A program made the translations under genes and the position numbers. From positions 49,983-113,982 of the forward strand of contig CANSNA010000001.1 in assembly GCA_947648255.1 (NCBI GenBank): DNA of 64,000 bases, given 5' to 3'. How positions within the stretch are numbered: the stretch's first letter is position 1; every line of letters starts with the position of its first letter. A model generated the notes under the pieces. The model did no database searches, was not told the origin of the DNA, and saw nothing but the letters and a program-made list of their open reading frames with translations. This DNA is from an uncultured Clostridium sp. (lineage in GTDB: Bacteria > Bacillota > Clostridia > TANB77 > CAG-508). This document shows positions 30,876-43,418 of the stretch, piece after piece.

Positions 30876-33160
30876 ATGCTATGCTCGATATGTAAACATG
30901 AACAAGCAGTAATCTTTATAAACGCACCTACAGCAGAAGATCCTAAACATGTTACAGGTTATTGTTTAAATTGTGCAAGAGAAAAAGGTGTTAACCCTTT
31001 GCAGTCAGTCCTTGGAGATAATGATATTGACCTTCAAAGTGTTGCTGAACAATTTGAATCTATGTTTAACAATATTTCAAACAATATGGAACTTAATGAT
31101 ATGGATTTTGAAGAAGGTACTGAAAATATGGTGCCTATCGGTGCAATTTTTGGGAATATATTAAATAAAAGTGCAGTAAATAACCAGGCTGAAAGTAAAA
31201 ACTCTGGGAATGCAAAAAGAGTAAAGGTAGATAAAAAACCTAAAGAAAAAAAGAAGAAATTTCTTGATTTATATGGAACTAACCTAACAAATAAAGCAAA
31301 AAATAATGAATTAGATATAGTAATACGGTAGAAATGCAGAAATTAGAAGAATTATTCAAATTTTAAATAGACGTACTAAAAATAACCCTTGCCTAATTGG
31401 TGAGCCAGGTGTTGGTAAAACTGCAATTGCACAAGGTCTTGCAATTGCAATTGCAGCTCAAAAAGTACCTGCTAAACTTTTAAATAAAGAAGTATATTTA
31501 CTAGATATGACATCTGTCGTTGCAGGAACTCAGTTTAGAGGTCAATTTGAAGCTAGAATGAAGGGAATTATTGATGAATGCAAATCTTTAAAAAATATTA
31601 TATTAGTTATAGATGAAATTCACAATATTGTAGGTTCAGGAGATCGGTGAAAATGCAATGAATGCAGCAAACATCTTAAAACCACCTCTTGCTAGTCGGA
31701 GAAATCCAGCTAATTGGTACTACTACTCTTAGAGAATATAGGAAATATATTGAAAAAGACTCTGCACTTGAAAGACGTTTCCAAACTGTAATGGTGGATG
31801 AACCAAATGAAGATGCAACTTCTGATATTCTTTGTGGAATAAAAAAATATTATGAAGAATTCCATAAAGTTAAAATTTCAAATGCGGTAATCAAACGGAG
31901 CTGTTGCTATGAGTGAAAAATACATACATGATAGATTTCTTCCTGATAAGGCAATAGATATTTTAGATGAAGCTTGTTCTAGAATAAACTTAGACAACAA
32001 AGACCTTTATAAATTAGAGCTTCTTAAAAATGAATTAAAGGAAGTTCAGGAAGAAAAAAATGAAGCAGCACAAGCAGATTCAACAGAAGATTATCAAAAA
32101 GCAGCTGATCTTAAAACTCGTGAATGCAAACTTATTGAAGAAATTGATGAAATAAATAAAAACTTAAAGTTAAAAGAAGTTACTCTTCAAGATATAGCAG
32201 AAGTTATAGAGCATTGGACCAAAATCCCTGTAACAAAAATTACAGAGGCAGAAACTGAAAAACTTTTAAACTTAGAAGGAAATCTTCATAAAAAAATTAT
32301 TGGTCAGGAAAATGCAGTGCAAGCTGTTTCTAGAGCTATAAGAAGAAATAGAGCTGGTTTAAAATCTACAAAGAGACCACCTTCATTTCTATTTGTTGGT
32401 CCAACTGGTGTTGGTAAAACAGAACTTGCTAAATCTCTAGCTTTTGAAATGTTCGGTGATAAAGATGCAATAATTCGTGTAGATATGAGTGAATATATGG
32501 AATCTCACTCTACTTCTAAACTTATTGGCTCTCCTCCTCGGTTATGTTGGATATGATGATGCTGGTCAGCTTACAGAAAAGGTAAAAAGAAAACCTTATT
32601 CTATTGTACTTTTAGATGAAATTGAAAAAGCACACAGTGATGTATTTAACATTTTACTACAAGTTTTAGATGATGGAAAACTTACAGATTCGCAAGGAAA
32701 TACAGTAAGTTTTGAAAATACAATAATTATTATGACATCAAACTCTGGCTCTAACTTAAATACTAATTCTATTGGTTTTGGGAAACAAACCGTTGATTCT
32801 AATAAAATATTAGATAGTTTAAAAGATTCTTTTAGACCTGAGTTTTTAAATAGAATTGATGAAATTGTTGTATTTAATAGTTTGACTAAAAATGAACTAT
32901 TACAGATTGTAGATTTAATGCTACATGATACTGAAAAAGCATTATCTGAAAAAAATATAAAGATGGAAGTTTCAAAATCTGCAAAAGAATTCTTAATAAA
33001 AAAAGGAACAGATCTAAAATATGGGGCAAGACCTCTAAGACGAGCTATTCAAAGATATATTGAAGATGAATTTGCAGAAAAACTTTTAAGACAAGATATT
33101 TCAAATGGCGATACTATAAAAATAGATTTAGAAGATGAACTACTTACATTTACAAAATAG
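30876..33160 (+). CDS. clpE: ATP-dependent Clp protease ATP-binding subunit ClpE (N-terminal zinc finger plus two AAA+ modules)
   Basis: The N-terminal Zn finger is CSICKHE...[12 protein letters not shown]-1 carries GEPGVGKTA. Further motifs are ...[32 protein letters not shown]... and ...[14 protein letters not shown]-2 carries GPTGVGKTE and GSPPGYVGY. Five or more C-GGN insertions join track ORFs 30876.., 31689.., 31909.. and 32489... Confidence 0.85.
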
Positions 33161-33174
33161 CGGAGGAAAATATA

Positions 33175-33745
33175 TGGCAAAACATATACCAAATATCTTA
33201 ACATTAATTAGATTTATACTTATTGTACCAATTGTAATTTTAATTGCACAAGAAAAGTTTATCCTTGCACTATTATTTCTAGTAATATCTGGTATTACAG
33301 ATGTATTAGACCGGAACTATTGCAAGAAAGTTTAATTTTATAACTGATTTTGGTAAATTAATGGATCCATTTGCAGATAAAGCAACTCAAGTTGCAATTT
33401 TAGTTACACTTTCAATAAAAGGAATAATTCCATTTTGGATACTTGCAATCGTTGTTATAAAAGAATTTGCAATGATTTCGCGGAGCATCTTTCCTATATG
33501 GAAAGGAGCTAGTTGTGTCTAGTAAATGGTATGGAAAGCTTGCAACAGTAATATTCTATATTGCAATTGCCACATCTCTAGTCATTCGCTATTTTAATGC
33601 AAATGTTTTAGAAAAACCAATATATGATTTTTCAATATATATATATTGTATTGCTCTTATCATAACTATCTTAGCACTTATTTTATACTTTAGAGCTTTC
33701 AATATGAAAAAATATATAAAAGATGAAAAAGAAAAATTAAAATAA
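33175..33745 (+). CDS. pgsA: CDP-diacylglycerol--glycerol-3-phosphate 3-phosphatidyltransferase
   Basis: The N-terminus is NILTLIRFILIVPIV. The CDP-alcohol phosphotransferase motif DVLDGTIARKF...DPFADKA is restored by removing 'gac c gga' and later sites. Confidence 0.75.
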
Positions 33746-33767
33746 GATCTATGTAAAGATAAGGGCA

Positions 33768-34350
33768 TTAAGACTCATAGTCTTCCCTTATCTTATTTAA
33801 TTCATCTACTCCATATACATATATTCCATTTTTTAAAATAATTTTATCTGTTTCTGGAAGATATTCATATGCAATTTCGGTTGTACTTTGTAAGACTTTA
33901 TTTCCTGTTTCATCTAAAGCATATACCAAAACTTCTCCTTCTTCTTCTATAACTAGATAATGTTCTCCACAAAAACTATCTACATTTTTTGAAAAAGTAA
34001 CCTCATCTTTGGTAAAATTTTCTAATTTCCATGAAGCATATTTATCTTCTAATTCTTCCTTTGTTAAATTCACCATTTCTGGCGGAATTTCTGCCTTGTC
34101 AGCCAAAATATGTCCGCATTCATTATAGTGTTTCTTTAAAACTAAAATTGTCTTAGGAGTGGTTTTAAGCTCTTCTGCTGTTACTTTAATCACGTTTTCT
34201 TCTATTTCTGCCTTTTGCTTTATTTCTTGAATTTTAACATTTTCATTTTGAATTTCTACGTTTTCTATTTTTCCGAACCTTTGAACCTATATATGCAGAA
34301 GTAAAAAAGAGCGTTATAAGACCTAAAATTAAAATAGCTCGTTTGTTCAT
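33768..34350 (-). CDS. Hypothetical secreted protein (about 195 aa)
   Basis: Track ORF 33768..34193 extends upstream to a signal peptide (MNKRAILILGLITLFFTSAYIG) in another frame. Confidence 0.4.
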
Positions 34351-34427
34351 AATACTAAATTACCTTTCTTTCCGGTTTAAATTTATTTTTAGTATTATTT
34401 ACAAATCGAGCTAAATTTATACATTTT

Positions 34428-35571
34428 TTAAAATTTATCAATAGAAAGCTTTGGAAGATTAAATACTTTTCCACTATTAGAAATATTCAATTTTTCTGTA
34501 TGGTTTTTGAAAAATTCTTTACTTCCACTTAAGAAATATTTATGTCTTACCTCATCACTAACTGTTCCTCCACCTATTACAAGTGGGTCATCCCAAGTTA
34601 CATCTACTGCATACCAAACATTGTCTAATTTTACATAGTTCCACATATGGTCTTCTGTTATTCCATTTGAATTTGTTGCAGTTCCTGTTACTAATATACT
34701 TTGGATTCCTAATTCGTCTAAAATAGTTTTATATGTTCTTGCATAACTTTCACATACACCCTTTTTCTCAATTAAAGCTCCATAAACTGTAGCTTTTTGA
34801 GTACTTGATGCTTCGTATTCCATATAGTCTATCATCCAATCATGCAATTTTTTCATTTTATAATAATCACTTCCTACAAGTGTAGATTTTACCTGTGCTT
34901 TTACATTCTCTACCTGATTTACTGCTTTTTCCACTTGTTCTTTTGAGGTAAAACCATCTATATAATAGCTTGTGTGTTCTCCTGGGTCTATGTACAATTC
35001 ACATTTATTTGAAAATAGTGTTGATACATTTTTTATAGTTAGCCACATTCTAGAAAAGTCTATATAAAATAAATCTGGATAGTCTAGATTTATTGCATTT
35101 ACTGCGTCATCATAATACTGCTTTAATTCTTGTTTGCCATTTCCATTATTCCATACTTTTGTAAAGTCGTAATCTATATATATCTTTTCTGTTCCACTCT
35201 TTAGTTTATCAATATTGTTTGCAATAGCATCATAAATAATTTTTGAATATTCATTTAATTCATTATAATAATATCTATATCTTGTATTGCTTTGGTTTGT
35301 TTGATAGATATTTGCACTATTATTTATGTTTAAATTGCCTAAAACATCATTTTCATTCGAATTTGTGTTTATTGTGTTTGTATTTGTTGTGACATTTGTA
35401 GTTATTGTTTGAACATCTGCACCAATATGCTCTCCATATTGTGAAGAATTTCCTGATGATAAATCATTTACACCGCCCATTACTTTTACATAATACATTC
35501 CGCCGAAGTCCAAGTATTACTATCATCATAAATACAATTAACACATTAGCAAGCTTATCTCCCATGATATC
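34428..35571 (-). CDS. Membrane-anchored transglutaminase-like (papain-fold Cys-His-Asp) protein
   Basis: The transglutaminase core is GVCESYARTY...EDHMWNYVKLDNVWYAVDVTWDD. The N-terminal signal-anchor is MGDKLANVLIVFMMIVILG. It shares an LDYP(D/E)xFYID(F/Y)S module with the 54887..57736 product. Confidence 0.65.
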
Positions 35572-35732
35572 TCCTTCTTTACAAAATTTTACTATAAATA
35601 TAATATCACATTTATAGCTGATTTTCAAGCAATTTTAAAACTTTTTTGTTTTTTTAGCAATGATTTTATGTAAAACTCTTCTGCCTGTTGGATTAGGTAA
35701 CATAAAAAAATTTTTGGCAATTTTTATATATC

Positions 35733-35770
35733 TAAAAAGGCTCTCCGTTTTTTCAGGAGAACCTCTTTTT
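35733..35770 (-). terminator. Terminator at the distal end of the pil cluster, after pilC
   Basis: The hairpin ggctctcc...ggagaacc is flanked by T/A runs. Confidence 0.4.
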
Positions 35771-35779
35771 TTCTTAGGT

Positions 35780-37132
35780 TTATAGTCCATATGCTGAAAG
35801 TAGCCATCCACCCATGTATACGTGAATACATGGCACTAATACTACAAGTACGAAGAATATTAATACTACACCAACTATACCATAAACAAGTTGTGGTAAT
35901 ACTTTAATTGTTTTATCTAGTAAGTTGTTAATATCTATTTCCATATATTCTACTAATTTTTCCATCATTTGTGCTAAGTCTGTGTTCATACCAATTTTAA
36001 GCATCTCTGTCATCATTGGTGATGTTAATCTTGACCTTTCAAAAGGCTCTATCCAAGATTGTCCGAATTAAAATATTGTTCATTGAAGCTTCTATTATTG
36101 ATAAAAGCACCAAGTTTTTGCTTACGTTTTTTGAAACATCTAATGCTTCTTGTATTCTCATTCCATTTCTTAGGTTTAAAAGCATGGCTCTCATAAGTCT
36201 TGAAAAATCTATTGCAAATATTAATTGCCCAAATACTGGCATTGTATATTTGAAATGGTGAAAATTAAATCTTCCCTTTGGTGTATTTATATACCATACA
36301 GTGACTGCCACAAATGCTGCAATTAATGCCGTAGGTATATACCAAAAAGTCATCAGCCAGTTTATTACATTAGAGAACCAAATACTTATTGCAGGTAAGG
36401 TTTGTTGTGATCCCATACTGTCATATAAGTCTTGGATAGCAGGAAGTGCAACTAAGGTTCCTACTATTAACATTATAATTAATAATACGAATTGTACTAA
36501 ATTTGGAATTAAGATTCCTCTTAATGTTCTATTTATCTTATCTGTACTCTCTAAGTAGTCAACTGCTTGCTCTAGGGCATTTGTAAGGTTACCAGACATT
36601 TCTCCGAACCTTTATCATATTAATGTAAAGATAAGGGAATACATCTTCATAATATTCCATTGTAGAATACATATTTTCTCCGGGATTCAACTCCAGCTAA
36701 AATATCTTCTAGAATTCCTCTAAAGGTATAGTTTTCTGTACTATCTATTATTGTATTTAATGCGTGAATATTATTGAAATTTGCTCTTTTTAATAAATAA
36801 AAATTTTGAGTAAATACTATAATATCTCTTGAAGTAATTCTATCTGATTTAGTAATACTATGATAAATTTTATCAAAGTATGATGATTTAGCATTTTGTC
36901 TACTTATTAAAAGGTTTGCTGTATCTACATCTTTTAATACATCTTCAATACCTTTAGTATTTTTTCTTACTGTCCTTTTTGATTTTGTTCTTTGCAATGA
37001 CTTATCTACATTTATTGGTATTAAATTATTTCTTTTGAGTTTTTTTATTGCTAGATATTTGCTACTTTCTTCAATTGTGTTTGTAACTATCATACCATTA
37101 GTTGTCATTGCTTTATATTTGTATATAGGCAT
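35780..37132 (-). CDS. pilC: Type IV pilus inner-membrane platform protein PilC (GspF family)
   Basis: Two T2SSF-type repeats with TM helices are present. Track ORFs 36647..37132, 36039..36599 and 35780..36016 are fragments. Confidence 0.75.
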
Positions 37133-37159
37133 TTTCTATACCTCCTTAAACTATAAATT

Positions 37160-38267
37160 TTAAAGTAATCTATCTTTCTTTATTTTAAGTTGCATTATTG
37201 TTCTGTTTAGTATTTCAATATTTTTTTCTTCTATTTGTGCTTTTGCTTGTTCTAAAGTTATTTTTTCTGCAACAAATAGCTCTGCAAGTGAGTTAATTAA
37301 GCTTATATTTCCTTTATCTGTTCCACTTTGTATTGCATCTTCAATTTCAGCTGTTCCTAGTTTATCTTTTCTGATTAAACCAGAAATAACATTATCTACA
37401 ACCATTACTTCTGGAACAAGTATTAAGCTTCCATCCATACCTTTTATTAACCTTTGTGCTAAAACAAGTTTCAATAATGAAGCTATCATATATTTTACAC
37501 TTGTTTGATCCCTTATATCATAAAAATCTATCATTCTATCTAAAGTTTCTGCACAAGACTTTGTATGAAGTGTTCCTATAACTAAGTGACCTGCTTCTGC
37601 TGTTTCAATTGCAGCTTCCATTGTTTCTTTATCTCTAATCTCTCCGGATTACTACTATATCGCAGTCTTCTCTTAGAGAGTTTTTAACACCATCACTAAA
37701 TGACATAACATCTTTTCCATTTCCTATTTCTTTTTGTACAATAATAGATTGTTTAGATTTATGTCTATATTCTACTGGGTTTTCAAGTGTTAATATTTTT
37801 TTATTTGAGTGCTCATTTATTTGATTTATAAGAGCATTTAAAGTTGTTGTTTTACCAGAGTTTGTTTTACCTGTAACTAAGATCAAGCCTTGTGGTTGAT
37901 CTATTAAATTTCTTACCACATTTGGTATTCCAAGTGCTTCATAAGGTGGTAAGGTATTTTTTATTAATCTTAAAGTGAAAAGTGGTATATCATTTTCAGA
38001 TGATACATTTACCCTAAGTCTTATATCTCCATATTCATAAGACATATCTATTCTTCTTTTTTCATCATATACTCTATCTCTTTCTACATTTCCTCTTATG
38101 AAATAGTCATATATTTCTGTCATATCATCTTCTGTTAAAACATCTGTGCCACTTACTTCTACTAGTGCTCTTATTATTCTAAGCATTGGTTTTATTCCAC
38201 AGATTAAGTGAATATCTGAAGCATCTCTTTTTATAGCTTCATCTAAAATTCTTTCTATTTGAACCAT
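37160..38267 (-). CDS. pilT: Type IV pilus retraction ATPase PilT
   Basis: Features are ASDIHL, Walker A (GKTNSGKTTT) and GTLHT. Confidence 0.8.
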
Positions 38268-38291
38268 CTATTTTATCCTCCATAATTTTTA

Positions 38292-39929
38292 TTAATACAA
38301 ACGCATTTTTCTATTTAATTCATTCATATTAGTTATACCACTTAATACCTTGCTAATTCCATCTACTATAAGTGGTCTATAGCTTCCTTGCATTGCTTGT
38401 TCTTTGATTTGGAAAGTAGATGCATCCTCTGTTATTAATTCTCGTATTTTTTCGTCTAATACAAGTACTTCAAATATACCAATTCTTTGATAATATCCTA
38501 CATTGTTACATTCTTTGCAACCAACGGCATCATATGTTTTCTTTCCTTCTAGATTAAATTTAACATTATCTTTTTCTTCAATAGAATGTATGAAGGCAAG
38601 CTCTTCTTCTGTAAAGTCTCTTTCTCTTGCACAGTGTTTACAAAGCTTTCTAACAAGTCTTTGAGAAACCGTTGTTGCAAGTGTACTCGAAATATCGTAA
38701 TTTGAAACCCCCATTTTTCTAAGTCTTGTGATTACTTCTATTGCATCTATTGTATGGATAGTAGATAATACATAGTGACCTGTTTGACCTGCTTGCATAG
38801 CAATTTCTGCTGTTTCTTTATCTCTTATTTCTCCTACTAAGATAATGTCTGGGTCTTGTCTTAAAACTGTTCTTAGTGAATCTATGAAAGATGTTTTTTG
38901 ATCAATTTCTACTTGATTTAGACCTGGTATTCTAATTTCTACTGGGTCTTCAATTGTTGTTATATTTATCTCTGGTTTATTTAAATATTGAACTATACTA
39001 TATAGTGATGTTGTTTTACCTTCCCCTGTTGGAGCTGCCATTATTGTTATACTGTTTTTCTTATCAAAGCTATCTCTAACTAGTTTTTCATCTCTTGGGA
39101 AACCTAGTTCAAAGATTTCTCTAACATTTGCATTTTTCTTTAATAATCTTAAAACAAATTTTTCTCCATATATATTTTTTTGTGAAGAAACACGAATGTT
39201 ATAATCTGGATACATTGTAATTCTACCGGTCCTGTGCTTCTTGTTTTTCTTGGTGCATATTTGAAATTGCCTTTAGTCTACCGAATTACTTGTGGTTGCT
39301 TTTCTTTTGCAATTTCTCCAACTTCAAATAATTCACCATCTATTCTATAACGAATTCTAAGATTTGTTTCCATTGGTTCAAAGTGAATATCACTTGCTCT
39401 TCTTTCCATTCCTGTTTTTATTACACTATCTACAATAGATGTAACATCAGTTCCTGAACCTGAACCTATTTTTTCACTAACTCTTCCTACCATGTTGCTT
39501 AAAACTTCTTCAATATTAGACTTAAAAGTAATATATTTATCCATTACAAGTCCTCTATTTAGAAGTAATAGCCTTATTGTATCTATTGCTCTTTTATTTG
39601 CAGTATCAGCAAAACAAACCATAGCCTTACCGATCTTCTACATCAAAAAGTACTGCTCCATTTTGTTTTAATACATCTGGAGAAATAAATTCGTCAATTT
39701 GAACTTTTATATCATGTGGCTTAATAAGCATTGTTTTTTCACCAAATACATCTCCAATTGCTTCTAGTAATTTTCTTTCATCACATAATTTTAAATTGTG
39801 TATAATATCTCCAAGTTTTTCATTTGGATGTTCTTTTTGATAATCTAATGCAACCCTAATTTCATCCTGAGTTACAACACCTCTTTTTACTAATTCAATA
39901 CCTATTGGTTGTCTTCTCTTTACGTCCAT
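38292..39929 (-). CDS. pilB: Type IV pilus assembly (extension) ATPase PilB (GspE family)
   Basis: The protein has an N-terminal T2SE_N domain and ASDIHFEP. ...VIGRLKA... and ...QDGRITMYPDYNIRVS are restored by removing 'att c ggt' and 'gac c ggt'. Walker A is TGEGKTTS. The tetracysteine is CKHC...CKEC. Confidence 0.85.
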
Positions 39930-39971
39930 TTTTTCTATTTCCTCCTATCTTTAGTTAATTTTTTCTTTAGC

Positions 39972-40425
39972 TTAAACTCCTGGAAGTTTATCTGTTGCCT
40001 TTCCTTCTAATATATATGTTGTTTTCTTTTCATAGTTTTTAATTTTTAAATCTAAAGTTATTGTGCTTCTATCTACTCCTTTGTATCCTGAAATTACTAC
40101 TTTTTCTAAATCATCACAAATTTTAACATCATTTCTATATAGTGACTTTCCTTTAACATGATATGAAACTGGTTCTCCATTTACTTCTAAACTTACTCTT
40201 GTCTTGCTACTTTCATCAATTATAAGTTTTACATCTTTTGATTTTACATCCTTTAGCATGTACATATTAATCCTTGAAAATGCTACTGCACTTTTAGAAG
40301 TATTATCGTATTCATTTACACTACTATAAAAAGATGATGTTATTGCTGAAATCCCGAGCTACTGCAAATGTAAGTAAGATTACATATACAACTAGAGAAA
40401 TCATAGTTATTCCTTTTTCTTGTTT
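39972..40425 (-). CDS. Minor pilin / pseudopilin (about 150 aa)
   Basis: MKQEKGITMISLVVYVILLTFAVAGISAIT... The N-terminal piece joins track ORF 39972..40265 after removing 'gct c ggg'. Confidence 0.55.
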
Positions 40426-40454
40426 CATGCTGTTTTACCTCTTTCTACTAATTT

Positions 40455-40883
40455 TTAAGCACATGTCTTTAGTCTTTCTAGTTTTACTGAGCCTTTATTT
40501 TTTGCTGAAATTGCATAGTCTATTTTAAGAGTTATGTGTTTTATATATCCATCTCCTTTTGGGTCTTCTATCTTTAATAAAAATTCGTAGCTATTTCCTA
40601 TCTTTCCTTTTGTTCCTTCACTTGTTGTTGATGTTTTTGTCATGCCTATGCTTTTGAGTTCTCTAACTACATTTTCTTCTGTTACATCAGAAAAGCTCAT
40701 CCCTCCTATACATTCGAAAATATCTACTGCATAATTTAGAGCTGAAGCTGTTCTTTTTGCTTCTGTTGATGCTGAATATACGCTATATAAAACAGATGTC
40801 ATTATTGATACAAATATTATTGTTACAAGCATAGCAACAGTCATATCAACTGTTGTAAATCCTCTTTCTTTTTTTTGATACAT
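40455..40883 (-). CDS. Minor pilin / pseudopilin (142 aa)
   Basis: MYQKKERGFTTVDMTVAMLVTIIFV carries a prepilin-type N-terminus with Asp at +5. Confidence 0.55.
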   Translation of the reverse strand: MYQKKERGFTTVDMTVAMLVTIIFVSIMTSVLYSVYSASTEAKRTASALNYAVDIFECIGGMSFSDVTEENVVRELKSIGMTKTSTTSEGTKGKIGNSYEFLLKIEDPKGDGYIKHITLKIDYAISAKNKGSVKLERLKTCA

Positions 40884-41047
40884 TTTTCTTTTATCTCCTT
40901 TAATTTAGCGTAAAAAATTATTAACTATTATTAAAAATATATTTGAAATTACCATATAAAAACCAATTGGAATTTTTAAGTTTTTTCCTTTATCAGTACT
41001 TATTATAGCTTTCCTTTTTTTGGCATCTTTAATTTTTTTCAAAATTT

Positions 41048-41717
41048 CTACAAGCCCGGATTAAAAGTAATGAAAGTGCAATTGTGTAGTAGTATATCTC
41101 CGTTCCTGCATAAGTTATCATAATTAGGCTTAATACTAAGACTCCGATTAGTATAATTTTCTGTTAATTTCTTTTTTAGTATAAAGCTGTCTAATAGAAG
41201 CAAAATTCCTACTAGTACAAGGATTATGATATATGTATATATAACATTTCCGCCTTGATATACATGCATATATCATAAATGCGATCATGGTTACTAATCC
41301 GAAAAAAAGTACAGATTTGTGTATTTGAAATTTTTCTTTATCTATTCCTGCAATAATGAAAAGTACTGCCATATAAAGAGTAGAGAACAAAAAGTATATT
41401 ATCTCATTTGTACCTATGTTTGCGAAATTTACCTTTAATGAAAGCGCAAACAATAGAAATACAGTTCCAGATAATATCTCAAGTAATAGATATCTTATTC
41501 TAACTTTTTCTTTGCAATATCTGCATTTGCCTCCTAAGCTTAAATAGCTAACAATTGGAATTAAATCTTTAAATTTTAATTTAGAATTACAGTTTGGGCA
41601 AAATGAGTGTTCGTATAAGATATTTAACCCTAATGGAATTCTATATACTGCTAATGTAAAGAAACTCCCAAATAGTGTTCCCATTATAAATATTAGCAAA
41701 TAAATTATAAATTCCAT
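41048..41717 (-). CDS. pilD: Prepilin peptidase PilD (A24 family)
   Basis: The N-terminal Zn-binding motif is CPNCNSKL...CRYCKEK. It is polytopic. Track ORFs 41148..41717 and 41048..41269 overlap because of a frameshift. Confidence 0.75.
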
Positions 41718-41754
41718 TTAGCTCCTCCCCTTGTCTTTTGTTTTTTTAAAATTT

Positions 41755-41788
41755 GAGGCATATACATTAAAGATAAATGTATATGCCT
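41755..41788 (-). terminator. Hairpin (12-bp stem) directly after the major pilin gene, likely a partial terminator or attenuator
   Basis: The hairpin aggcatatacatt...aatgtatatgcct is followed by a short U-run on the minus-strand RNA. Confidence 0.45.
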
Positions 41789-41858
41789 TAGTTGTACTCT
41801 TGATCAATTTTCAACATGATCTATTTTTTTAGTTTTCAAAACTAATTGTATTAATTAA

Positions 41859-42113
41859 CTATGGTTGTGGTGCATACACACCGTTAAGTGCTTGTTCAAC
41901 TGCGTTAACTTTGTCTGATAAGTTTTCATATAGTTCATTCATAACAACTTGCTCTTCGTGTTGAGCGTTTGCATAGTTGATTGTTCCGTTAACAGCTGTG
42001 TTAATTAATCCACTGTCTGTAAAGCTCATTACTGTTACTGCTGCAAGTATTATCAATACGATGATTGTAATGATTAATGCAACTAAAGTAATACCTTTTT
42101 CCTCTCTTAACAT
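41859..42113 (-). CDS. Major type IV pilin candidate (84 aa)
   Basis: MLREEKGITLVALIITIIVLIILAAVTVMSF is preceded by a strong RBS (aaggaggag) and has its own upstream hairpin and promoter-like region. Confidence 0.65.
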   Translation of the reverse strand: MLREEKGITLVALIITIIVLIILAAVTVMSFTDSGLINTAVNGTINYANAQHEEQVVMNELYENLSDKVNAVEQALNGVYAPQP

Positions 42114-42213
42114 AAAAAACTCCTCCTTATAAAAATTTGTGTGTATATATTTATTATGAATAAATATTACCTAAATTATTTTGTTTTGTGAGATTTTTTT
42201 AACTCACTTCGAA

Positions 42214-42618
42214 TTATTTAGTACCTGTGTTTTTATAGAAAGTATTCCCTGAAGAAGAATTTCCCTTAGTTACATTTGTATTTATTGATCCTTCATTTGA
42301 ATTATTTCCTTCTTCTGTTTCTTCTGGTTTATCTTCATAAGTTGAAAATGGATTAACCTTTCCTTTGTTATAAGTTTTGTTTTGTTCTAGTGTTTTTAAA
42401 TCTTCTGATGTTATTTCATAAGTTACAAGTACTGTTTCACTTTCTGTTATTTTTGCATCTATTTCTTCTTGTACACTATCTGCTGTTTTATAAGTCAATA
42501 CACTAGGTACAGATTTATTTGTAGGAATATAATCATAAAATAATACTCCAAGAGCTAGTATAACTGCAAGTAATAGTAGTAATATTATAATTATTTCCTT
42601 TATTAGTGATTTAACCAA
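42214..42618 (-). CDS. Small single-TM pilus-cluster protein (134 aa), function unknown
   Basis: The protein has one N-terminal TM segment and an Asn/Ser/Thr-rich tail. It lies between pilO and the pilin gene. Confidence 0.45.
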   Translation of the reverse strand: MVKSLIKEIIIILLLLLAVILALGVLFYDYIPTNKSVPSVLTYKTADSVQEEIDAKITESETVLVTYEITSEDLKTLEQNKTYNKGKVNPFSTYEDKPEETEEGNNSNEGSINTNVTKGNSSSGNTFYKNTGTK

Positions 42619-42632
42619 AATTTATCCCTCCC

Positions 42633-43418
42633 CTAATTTCCTGTATTTGTATTAGAGTTTCCTGATGTATTTGTGTTTGTATTTGTATTGCTATTATTGC
42701 TATTTCCACTATTAGTATTGTTGTAATCGCTCATTACTGTTACTCCACCAATTTGTCTAACTGGTCCTTCTTGTCCATCTGTATTATCTGTAACTGTTCC
42801 AGTAGAAACTCCACTTGAAGAGCCAGATAAAGATTTTGGATCTATAGCAACATTTTTAATTATAAATGTTGCTTGCAAGTAATCTTCTGAGTAAGGTACT
42901 AATGCGAACTCTTCTATTCTAAATCCTAAAGTTTCATCTTTTTCTATTGCGTAAACAAATTCACTTATTGGTAAATATTCTCCAACAGCTGTTATTGAAA
43001 TATTATATTGATTATTTACTCCTGAGGTTCCATGAGATAAATCAGCCTTCATTGCTAAACCATTTTTTGTTGCATATACTCCTATATTTGTCCATAAATA
43101 ATCAAGTTTATACTCTTCTGTTTGATTTGCCTGTGCTAATTCTTCATCTGATGTATAAGCTATTGTTTTTTGGTAATTTTGTTTTTCACTTTGCAATTTT
43201 TTAAAACTTGAATCTAGATTTCTTTTTGCTGTTTCATATTCTTTTGCGATTTTAGCATTTAGCCCACCAATGTCTTCATCTAATTCTCTGTTTTTCTCTA
43301 TAATAGACCTTATTGAATGTCCTACCTTTATATTTGCTATTTCTAGTCCTGATATAAGCATCATTGCAAATCCTGCAAGTAATATCAAAACTAGTGCTGA
43401 TATTAATACTTTTCTCAT
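42633..43418 (-). CDS. PilO-like pilus assembly protein with an Asn/Thr-repeat tail
   Basis: A single TM segment, coiled-coil and periplasmic domain are followed by C-terminal (NT)n low complexity. Confidence 0.5.
   Translation of the reverse strand: MRKVLISALVLILLAGFAMMLISGLEIANIKVGHSIRSIIEKNRELDEDIGGLNAKIAKEYETAKRNLDSSFKKLQSEKQNYQKTIAYTSDEELAQANQTEEYKLDYLWTNIGVYATKNGLAMKADLSHGTSGVNNQYNISITAVGEYLPISEFVYAIEKDETLGFRIEEFALVPYSEDYLQATFIIKNVAIDPKSLSGSSSGVSTGTVTDNTDGQEGPVRQIGGVTVMSDYNNTNSGNSNNSNTNTNTNTSGNSNTNTGN

Noticed and set aside
42640-42720. Tandem short DNA repeats (TTTGTA/TTTGTG units), and similar ones at 55030..55110, that could have been a CRISPR or satellite array
   Set aside because: They are the antisense of in-frame (Asn-Thr)n low-complexity coding tails of the PilO-like protein and the 949-aa surface protein. 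They have no spacer or repeat architecture.
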